A DNA stretch of 63,440 nucleotides, the filler included, from Octopus bimaculoides (lineage: Eukaryota): the NCBI RefSeq assembly GCF_001194135.2. It is 4 parts of 4 records of this genome, joined end to end, with 100 filler letters (N's around TTAATTAATTAA, not from the genome) between each part and the next. Parts side by side here need not be neighbours in the genome. Positions count along the whole stretch, not along the records: positions 50,990 to 63,440 come from NC_068989.1; 3 more parts are not named here. One strand, 5' to 3'. The number at the start of each line of letters is the position of its first letter. The first letter of the stretch is position 1. The notes under the pieces were generated by a model. The model did not search any database and had not been told where the DNA came from. It saw only the letters and a list, made by a program, of their open reading frames with translations. The position numbers and the translations under genes were made by a program. This document shows, in pieces, positions 54,460 through 63,440 of this stretch.

Positions 54460-54868
54460 GGCGCACATGGGGCTGTGTGCTAAGAAGTTTGCTTCCCAAC
54501 AACATGGTTCCAAGTTCAATCCTTCTACGTGACACGGTGGGCAAGTGTCTTCTACTATTCAGGTGACCAAAGCCTTGTAGGTAGACTTGGTAGACAGAAA
54601 CTGAAAGAAGCCCGTCATATATATATATATGTATATAGGCGTAGGAGTGGCTGTGTAGTAAGTAGCTTGCTTACGAACCGCAAGGTTCCGGGTTCAGTCC
54701 CACTGCGTGGCACTTTGGGCAAGTGTCTTCTACTATAGCCTCGGGCCGACCAAAGCCTTGAGAGTGGATTTGATAGACGGAAACTGAAGAAACTCGTCGT
54801 ATATATGTATATAGGCGTAGGAGTGGCTGTGTAGTAAGTAGCTTGCTTACGAACCGCAAGGTTCCGGG
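54460..54868 (+). repeat. Three head-to-tail SINE B heads
   Basis: Copies start near 54460, 54637 and 54813. The last two are identical over the visible overlap. Confidence 0.85.
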
Positions 54869-55934
54869 NNNNNNNNNNNNNNNNNNNNNNNNNNNNNNNN
54901 NNNNNNNNNNNNNNNNNNNNNNNNNNNNNNNNNNNNNNNNNNNNNNNNNNNNNNNNNNNNNNNNNNNNNNNNNNNNNNNNNNNNNNNNNNNNNNNNNNNN
55001 NNNNNNNNNNNNNNNNNNNNNNNNNNNNNNNNNNNNNNNNNNNNNNNNNNNNNNNNNNNNNNNNNNNNNNNNNNNNNNNNNNNNNNNNNNNNNNNNNNNN
55101 NNNNNNNNNNNNNNNNNNNNNNNNNNNNNNNNNNNNNNNNNNNNNNNNNNNNNNNNNNNNNNNNNNNNNNNNNNNNNNNNNNNNNNNNNNNNNNNNNNNN
55201 NNNNNNNNNNNNNNNNNNNNNNNNNNNNNNNNNNNNNNNNNNNNNNNNNNNNNNNNNNNNNNNNNNNNNNNNNNNNNNNNNNNNNNNNNNNNNNNNNNNN
55301 NNNNNNNNNNNNNNNNNNNNNNNNNNNNNNNNNNNNNNNNNNNNNNNNNNNNNNNNNNNNNNNNNNNNNNNNNNNNNNNNNNNNNNNNNNNNNNNNNNNN
55401 NNNNNNNNNNNNNNNNNNNNNNNNNNNNNNNNNNNNNNNNNNNNNNNNNNNNNNNNNNNNNNNNNNNNNNNNNNNNNNNNNNNNNNNNNNNNNNNNNNNN
55501 NNNNNNNNNNNNNNNNNNNNNNNNNNNNNNNNNNNNNNNNNNNNNNNNNNNNNNNNNNNNNNNNNNNNNNNNNNNNAAGTAGCCCAAATATATCCAAATA
55601 GAATGTGCGTGTGTGTGTGTGTTCTATAATGTACACAGCCTTGGGTTTTTTATCTCATTACGAAAAGTAAATCCTTATATATATATTTATACGTATGTAT
55701 GTATGTATGTATGTATGTATGTATGTGTGGAGGCGCGTAGCTTAGTGGTTAGGGTGCCAGCCCCATGATCGTAAGATTGTGGTTTCGATTCCTGGACCGA
55801 GCGACGCGTTGTATTCTAACGACTGAAACAGTTAAACGATTACAGATACAAGTATTTTTAAGACCTTATGAGACGTGTAACGGCTTCCTTGCTTCGTGCA
55901 TTGCAGTTGCAGTGCTATTGTCTATGGTATTAGG

Positions 55935-56270
55935 GAAAAGGGTAAAGACCCCCTTCAGCCATGAATGACCATGGGATTGCATCTAGAATGTTACCTTCCG
56001 AGGCACAAGTCCAGGCAAGGTTGTTTATGAAAGACCAGCAGTCGCCCATACATACCAGCCTTCCCTCTCCACGCCATTGATGTTGTCCAAGGGAAAGGCA
56101 AAGCTTACTACCAGTGAAGTTGCAACTCATTTCTATAGCTGAGTGAACTGGAGCGACGTGAAATAAAGTGTCTTGCTTAAGAACACAACACACACCCCGG
56201 TTCGGGTATCGAACTCACTACCCCATGAGCGTGAGCCCGACGCTCTAACCACTGGGCCATGCGCTTTCAC
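55935..56270 (-). mobile_element. tRNA-derived CORE-like SINE
   Basis: A box TGGCCCAGTGG and B box GAGTTCGATACC, then gtgttcttaagcaagacactttatttcacgtcgctccagttcactcagc. Homologue at 46190-46530. Confidence 0.8.
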
Positions 56271-56290
56271 TCTATGGTACTGTATGATAT

Positions 56291-56622
56291 GTGGAGGCGC
56301 AATGGCCCAGTGGTTAGGGCAGCGGACTCGCGGTCATAGGATCGCGGTTTCGATTCCCAGACCGGGCGTTGTGAGTGTTTATTGAGCGAAAACACCTAAA
56401 AGCTCCACGAGGCTCCGGCAGGGGATGGTGGCGAACCCTGCTGTATTCTTTCACCACAACTTTCTCTCACTCTTACTTCCTGTTTCTGTTGTGCCTGTAA
56501 TTCAAAGGGTCAGCCTTGTCACACTGTGTCACGCTGAATCTCCCCGAGAACTACGTTAAGGGTACACGTGTCTGTGGAGTGTTCAGCCACTTGCACGTTA
56601 ATTTCACGAGCAGGTTGTTCCG
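56291..56622 (+). mobile_element. tRNA-derived SINE (OR-like), truncated by a gap
   Basis: GGAGGCGCAATGGCCCAGTGGTTAGGG...GGTTTCGATTCCC head. Body is homologous to 10051-10430. Confidence 0.85.
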
Positions 56623-57599
56623 NNNNNNNNNNNNNNNNNNNNNNNNNNNNNNNNNNNNNNNNNNNNNNNNNNNNNNNNNNNNNNNNNNNNNNNNNNNNNN
56701 NNNNNNNNNNNNNNNNNNNNNNNNNNNNNNNNNNNNNNNNNNNNNNNNNNNNNNNNNNNNNNNNNNNNNNNNNNNNNNNNNNNNNNNNNNNNNNNNNNNN
56801 NNNNNNNNNNNNNNNNNNNNNNNNNNNNNNNNNNNNNNNNNNNNNNNNNNNNNNNNNNNNNNNNNNNNNNNNNNNNNNNNNNNNNNNNNNNNNNNNNNNN
56901 NNNNNNNNNNNNNNNNNNNNNNNNNNNNNNNNNNNNNNNNNNNNNNNNNNNNNNNNNNNNNNNNNNNNNNNNNNNNNNNNNNNNNNNNNNNNNNNNNNNN
57001 NNNNNNNNNNNNNNNNNNNNNNNNNNNNNNNNNNNNNNNNNNNNNNNNNNNNNNNNNNNNNNNNNNNNNNNNNNNNNNNNNNNNNNNNNNNNNNNNNNNN
57101 NNNNNNNNNNNNNNNNNNNNNNNNNNNNNNNNNNNNNNNNNNNNNNNNNNNNNNNNNNNNNNNNNNNNNNNNNNNNNNNNNNNNNNNNNNNNNNNNNNNN
57201 NNNNNNNNNNNNNNNNNNNNNNNNNNNNNNNNNNNNNNNNNNNNNNNNNNNNNNNNNNNNNNNNNNNNNNNNNNNNNNNNNNNNNNNNNNNNNNNNNNNN
57301 NNNNNNNNNNNNNNNNNNNNNNNNNNNNNNNNNNNNNNNNNNNNNNNNNNNNNNNNNNNNNNNNNNNNNNNNNNNNNNNNNNNNNNNNNNNNNNNNNNNN
57401 NNNNNNNNNNNNNNNNNNNNNNNNNNNNNNNNNNNNNNNTAGTAGTAGTAGTAGTAGTAGTAGTAGTGCTGTTGCTGTTGTTGTTGTTGTTATCGTTGAC
57501 AGTACTGCTGGTGCTGCTGGCGGTGGCGGCGGCGGCAGCGTCGGCGGCGGTGGCGGCGGCGACGGCGATGGTAATATGCTTGCGTCTGCGAGAATGTGT

Positions 57600-58320
57600 G
57601 ATCATGTGAATGTCTATGAAGACACAGGAATGCGTGTGTGTATGTGTGCATGTGTGTAGGGTTATGTATGGCGGAATTGTGTGCGTATGTGCGCATGCGT
57701 CTGAACGGGTACGTGTATGTGTGTGTGCACATTTCTATAAATGTAATTATCAGTGTGCGTATGCATGTGTGTGTATTCCTCTGTGTGTGTGCACGTGTGT
57801 CGGTACATGCGTGCTAGTGTGTCAGTGTGTGTGTACATGTATATATATATATGAGCGTGTCAGTGTGTGTGTGTGTGTGTATGTGTGTGTGAGTGTAAGT
57901 CTGCTAGTGTTTGTGTGTGTATGTGTGTGTAAGTTGTCTGTATGTGTGTGTGCATTCTGTCAGAGTGTGTGTATATCTGTCAGTGTGTGTGTTGTGTGTG
58001 TGTATGTGTATGTGTAAGTCTGTCAGTGTGCGTGTGTGTGCGTGTGTGCATGTCTGTCAGAATGTGTATATGTATGTCTGTCAGTGTGTGTGTGAGTGTA
58101 AGTCTGTTAGTGTGTGTTGTATAAGTCTGTGTATGTGTGTGTATGTATATGTATTTGTATGTGTGTAAGTGACAGTGTGTGTGTGTCTTTGTTTATGTCT
58201 GTGACTGTGTGTTTGTGTATGTGTGCGTAAGTCTGTCAGTGTGTGTTTGTGTGTATGTGTGTGTATGTAAGTGCCAGTGTATGTGTGTATGTGTATAAGT
58301 GCCAGTGTCTGTGTGTCTGT
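57600..58320. repeat. TG-derived degenerate minisatellite
   Basis: Recurring motif gtgtgtaagtctgtcagtgtgtg interspersed with (TG)n. Confidence 0.85.
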
Positions 58321-58771
58321 GTACGAATAACAATTGTTACAGCTGCAATGAAATGCACAGGTGCCCCACGGCTAATGCACAAGTGTCAGTTCTCAAATTG
58401 CAGTGACAGACTGGAATGCCAGACCCCCCCTCCACCACCACCACCAGTCAAAATCTACCACAACAGCAACAATACCTCCACTACCCCCCCCCNNNNNNNN
58501 NNNNNAACACCATCACCAACGCAACACGCCACCACGTCACTAGAACCGCGTCCCCACCGCCAACATTTCTACCGCCTGCACCACAAACAATTACAGCCAT
58601 TAACGATATCACCTCCATCATCCCGTCATTACCGATGTCATCTCCATCATCGTCATCATCATCGTCATCATCATCATCATCGTCGTCGTCGTCATCATCA
58701 TCGTCATCATCATCATCATCATCATCATCACCACCATCATCATCATCATCATCATCATCACCATCGTCACC

Positions 58772-58803
<32 letters not shown>

Positions 58804-60187
58804 CAACGTCATCATCATCACCGTCATCATCACCGTCATCATCATCATCATCATCATCATCACCATCGTCATCACCGTCATCATCACCATCATCATCATC
58901 ATCATCATCATCAACAACATCATCATCATCATCATCNNNNNNNNNNNNNNNNNNNNNNNNNNNNNNNNNNNNNNNNNNNNNNNNNNNNNNNNNNNNNNNN
59001 NNNNNNNNNNNNNNNNNNNNNNNNNNNNNNNNNNNNNNNNNNNNNNNNNNNNNNNNNNNNNNNNNNNNNNNNNNNNNNNNNNNNNNNNNNNNNNNNNNNN
59101 NNNNNNNNNNNNNNNNNNNNNNNNNNNNNNNNNNNNNNNNNNNNNNNNNNNNNNNNNNNNNNNNNNNNNNNNNNNNNNNNNNNNNNNNNNNNNNNNNNNN
59201 NNNNNNNNNNNNNNNNNNNNNNNNNNNNNNNNNNNNNNNNNNNNNNNNNNNNNNNNNNNNNNNNNNNNNNNNNNNNNNNNNNNNNNNNNNNNNNNNNNNN
59301 NNNNNNNNNNNNNNNNNNNNNNNNNNNNNNNNNNNNNNNNNNNNNNNNNNNNNNNNNNNNNNNNNNNNNNNNNNNNNNNNNNNNNNNNNNNNNNNNNNNN
59401 NNNNNNNNNNNNNNNNNNNNNNNNNNNNNNNNNNNNNNNNNNNNNNNNNNNNNNNNNNNNNNNNNNNNNNNNNNNNNNNNNNNNNNNNNNNNNNNNNNNN
59501 NNNNNNNNNNNNNNNNNNNNNNNNNNNNNNNNNNNNNNNNNNNNNNNNNNNNNNNNNNNNNNNNNNNNNNNNNNNNNNNNNNNNNNNNNNNNNNNNNNNN
59601 NNNNNNNNNNNNNNNNNNTACATATACATATATGTATAAATGTGTATATATATATATATACATATATACATATATGTATAAATGTACGTATACATGTATG
59701 TATGCATGTAGTATGTACGTATACAAGTACGTACGTACGTATGTATGTATGTATGTATGTATGTATGTATGTATGTATGTGAGCACTTCACCGTGGGCTG
59801 ACTACTTCATATGTGAGGAAAGCACATGAAACAGAACAGAACACGAATCTCACTCCCCACCTTCAACCTCAAACACATAAAATATATTAGAATTGGCTCC
59901 AGAATGAATAAAAAACAGAATTCCTCGTTGACACGGGACTGTAAACAAACAAACAAAGCGCAGAACGTTCAACATACAAGCCATGTGATATATAAATCTT
60001 ATTGTAATGTTCTGAGTTGTTAAGTCCGTCACACTTATTTGTCTGATCGGTTACACAAACCGGAGACTTTCCCGTCGGTTCATCGAACGCTTCTAACAAG
60101 GAAACATAACTGTGTATTGCAAAGCAGTTCACGAAACATTACAAGATAGAAAAAAACATTAGTAGATACGATAATATATTATTGTAA

Positions 60188-60825
60188 AGGCGGCGAGCTT
60201 GGCAGAAACGTTAGCACGCCGAAGCGAAATGCTTAGCGGTATTTCGTCAGCCGTTACGTTCTGAGTTCAAATTCCGCCGAGGTCGACTTTGCCTTCCATC
60301 CTTTCGGCGTCGATAAATTAAGTACCAGATTCGCACTGGGGTCGATGTAATCGACATAATCTCCTTGTCTGTCCTTGTTTGTCCCCTCTATGTTTAGCCC
60401 CTCGTGGGCAATAAAGAAATAAGAAACGTTAGCACGCTGAGTGAAATGCTTAGCGGTATTTTGTCTGCCGTTACGTTCTGATTTCAAATTCCGCCGAGAT
60501 CGACTTTGCCTTTCATCCTTTCGGAGTCGATAAATTAAGTACCAGTTGCGTACTGGAGTCGATCTAATCGACTGGCCCCCTCCCCAAAAATTTCGGGCCT
60601 TGTGCCTAGAGTAGAAAAGATTATTTATGGCGGCGGGCTGGCAGAAACGTTAGCACGCCGGGCGAAATGCTTAGCGGTATTTCGTCTGTCTTTACGTTCT
60701 GAGTTCAAATTCCTTTTACCCTTTCGGGGTCGATAAATTAAGTACCAGTTGCGTACTGGGGTCGATCTAATCGACTGTCCCCCTGCCCCAAAATTTCGGG
60801 CCTTGTTCATAGAGTATAAAAGAAT
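60188..60825 (+). repeat. Three tandem copies of SINE family A (~200 bp each)
   Basis: Consensus ggcggcgagctggcagaaacgttagcacgccgggcgaaatgcttagcggtatttcgtc..gttctgagttcaaattccgccgaggtcgactttgcctttcatcctttcggggtcgataaattaagtaccag. Further copies at 3505-3725, 5595-5800, 5820-6065, 11140-11250, 40530-40640 (-), 43570-43640, 44290-44600, 51160-51360 (-), 51778-51980 and 52240-52450. Confidence 0.9.
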
Positions 60826-61204
60826 ATGTAATTGTAATGACTCGTGGCATATTGGTTAAGAGTGTTGCATTCATGATCGTAAAATCGTGGATTCAGATCC
60901 TAGACTGGGCGGTGTATTGTGTTCTTTGTTTCACGTTGCTTTAGTTCACTCATGTTTGTATACTTACAAATACCTATACACAGTTATATGCTTGCATATA
61001 GACATACGTATATGCAAACGTTTATTCAGATACATACGCCTGCATATACATGCTAAACACACTAATGCAAACATAAACATCTTTATATACCTACACATAC
61101 ATAAATATGCTTTTACATTAGACACACACACCCACACGTACATTCTCATGTTTATATACTTACACACACATATGCATATTTATATACTTATGCATGCATA
61201 GATT

Positions 61205-61565
61205 ATGTCCAGCGTCCATAATGAAAACGATGAGGTCTCACGCCTCAGAGCCATTTGCTGCATGCGTTGCTACGGACAGGTCTTCTACTCCCCACCAGAT
61301 CATTTTCTCGGGGCCTTACTCTCGTTTAACGCATTTACGAGCTGGAAGAGGCCCCGAAATAGTCCCCACACTAGATGGTTGGACGGGATTAAGAAAGATC
61401 TACAGAGGCTGGACGTCATCTTGGAAGCGGCAAAAGTGCTAATACGAAACCGCCAACTATGAAAGATACTGGTTGACCTGGTCAGTTCTAAGCACGATGA
61501 CGCTTCTGGGACCATTAATCTGAGATGACCCCAACCCAATTGACCAAGAGCATAAGTGGGTATCA
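61205..61565 (+). mobile_element. RTE-like LINE 3' end
   Basis: WKRPRNSPHTRWLDGIKKDLQRLDVILEAAKVLIRNRQL resembles the RTE C-terminal RPRGRPxxRWxDxxKxDL motif. Confidence 0.7.
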
Positions 61566-62830
61566 GTATGGCCATACTGTCCTGCTTTGTCTAAGTACAG
61601 ATGTGTAGTATACTCTTTTTTTACTCATTTTACTTGTTTCAATCATTTTACTCGGCCATGCTGGAGCACCGACTTTAGTCGACCAAATTGAACCCAGGAC
61701 TTATTCTTTGTGCGCCTAGTACTTATTCTATGGGTCTCTTTTGCCGAAACGCTACGTTACGAAGCCGTAAACGCACCAGCATCGGTTATCAAGCGGTGTT
61801 GGGGGGGGGGGCAAGCACAGACACTCAGACACACATACACACACACACACACACANNNNNNNNNNNNNNNNNNNNNNNNNNNNNNNNNNNNNNNNNNNNN
61901 NNNNNNNNNNNNNNNNNNNNNNNNNNNNNNNNNNNNNNNNNNNNNNNNNNNNNNNNNNNNNNNNNNNNNNNNNNNNNNNNNNNNNNNNNNNNNNNNNNNN
62001 NNNNNNNNNNNNNNNNNNNNNNNNNNNNNNNNNNNNNNNNNNNNNNNNNNNNNNNNNNNNNNNNNNNNNNNNNNNNNNNNNNNNNNNNNNNNNNNNNNNN
62101 NNNNNNNNNNNNNNNNNNNNNNNNNNNNNNNNNNNNNNNNNNNNNNNNNNNNNNNNNNNNNNNNNNNNNNNNNNNNNNNNNNNNNNNNNNNNNNNNNNNN
62201 NNNNNNNNNNNNNNNNNNNNNNNNNNNNNNNNNNNNNNNNNNNNNNNNNNNNNNNNNNNNNNNNNNNNNNNNNNNNNNNNNNNNNNNNNNNNNNNNNNNN
62301 NNNNNNNNNNNNNNNNNNNNNNNNNNNNNNNNNNNNNNNNNNNNNNNNNNNNNNNNNNNNNNNNNNNNNNNNNNNNNNNNNNNNNNNNNNNNNNNNNNNN
62401 NNNNNNNNNNNNNNNNNNNNNNNNNNNNNNNNNNNNNNNNNNNNNNNNNNNNNNNNNNNNNNNNNNNNNNNNNNNNNNNNNNNNNNNNNNNNNNNNNNNN
62501 NNNNNNNNNNNNNNNNNNNNNNNNNNNNNNNNNNNNNNNNNNNNNNNNNNNNNNNNNNNNNNNNNNNNNNNNNNNNNNNNNNNNNNNNNNNNNNNNNNNN
62601 NNNNNNNNNNNNNNNNNNNNNNNNNNNNNNNNNNNNNNNNNNNNNNNNNNNNNNNNNNNNNNNNNNNNNNNNNNNNNNNNNNNNNNNNNNNNNNNNNNNN
62701 NNNNNNNNNNNNNNNNNNNNNNNNNNNNNNNNNNNNNNNNNNNNNNNNNNNNNNNNNNNNNNNNNNNNNNNNNNNNNNNNNNNNNNNNNTATATATATAT
62801 ATATACACACACATATATATATATATATAA

Positions 62831-62897
<67 letters not shown>

Positions 62898-63094
62898 CTC
62901 TCTGTGTGTGTGTGTGTGTACCTGTATGTGCTTGTATGTTTGTGTGTGTGTGCATGCGTGCGGCGTGCGTTCGTGCCTTCGTGTTTGTGTGTGTGTGTCT
63001 ATGTGTAAAAGATAATGAGGGACGGAGTGGTTGAGGGTCGGTAAGTGTGAAAGACAGATTGAAGAATGTCTCGAAGACAATATTAGTCGAAGAA

Positions 63095-63190
63095 TCACCA
63101 ATAATCTGATCAGTCTGATCAGCCAATCAGATTGGCTGACACGCTAGAGTGACGTCAGACGCGTGAAACGCTTGGCTGAGTCAGCAGTTA
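63095..63190. promoter_or_regulatory. Candidate promoter/enhancer: CCAAT boxes, CRE and a MARE/AP-1-like site
   Basis: Inverted CCAAT pair tcagccaatc-a-gattggctga (63119-63139), TGACGTCA (63150-63157), ggctgagtcagca (63174-63186). Confidence 0.5.
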
Positions 63191-63440
63191 ACAATAGATT
63201 ATGTAGAAGTACATATTTGTGAAGGTGGTTGGGGTTGGGGTTGTGCTGGCGGGGTGTCGATAATGGTGGCAGGAGAGGGAGGTGGCAGTGAGGATGTGAG
63301 GTCTGTGTTGGTGATGGTGACGGCGGTGGTGGTAATGGTGGTGGTGGTGGAGATGGTGGTGGTGGTGGTGGTGGTGGTTTTGGTGGATATAGTGATGCTG
63401 AATTTATTGGTTGTGATAATTTGGCGATGATGTAATAGAT

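Noticed and set aside
56291-56365. Possible tRNA genes at SINE heads
   Set aside because: No complete cloverleaf or poly-T terminator, and each continues into a SINE body.
58243-59829. 528 aa poly-His ORF, with poly-Ser and poly-Asp in other frames
   Set aside because: Translation of TG and (CAT)n microsatellites plus N gaps. Open in several frames, with no domain or splice support.

Overview
Animal genomic DNA, AT-rich and dominated by microsatellites. About 8.6 kb (roughly 14%) is N gaps. The SINE repertoire and repeat landscape look like an octopus genome (inference, not verified). No intact host protein-coding gene is recognisable. Nearly all long ORFs in the track are translations of microsatellites or gaps. 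The window is a transposable-element graveyard. It holds a decayed Helitron Rep-helicase (about 25.85-28.72 kb), a second Helitron fragment and a non-autonomous Helitron 5' end. It also holds a Ty3/Gypsy gag-protease-RT remnant with a nearby inverted ~300 bp copy, fragments of five non-LTR lineages (R4/Dong-like, Tx1/L1-like, I/Jockey-like, CR1/L2-like, RTE-like), a mariner MITE, a Penelope-like remnant with a degenerate hammerhead core, and dozens of SINEs from at least four families. The best leads are: (1) (TAA)n-associated R4/Dong-like copies with a ~550 bp candidate non-autonomous partner and a chimera of the two; (2) a 3' stem-loop shared, with compensatory changes, between a CR1/L2-like LINE and a SINE family; (3) close inverted repeat pairs that could form dsRNA; (4) a dense NF-Y/CRE/MARE motif cluster at 63.1 kb. 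TE boundaries are approximate and all family assignments come from by-eye translation and motif recognition.
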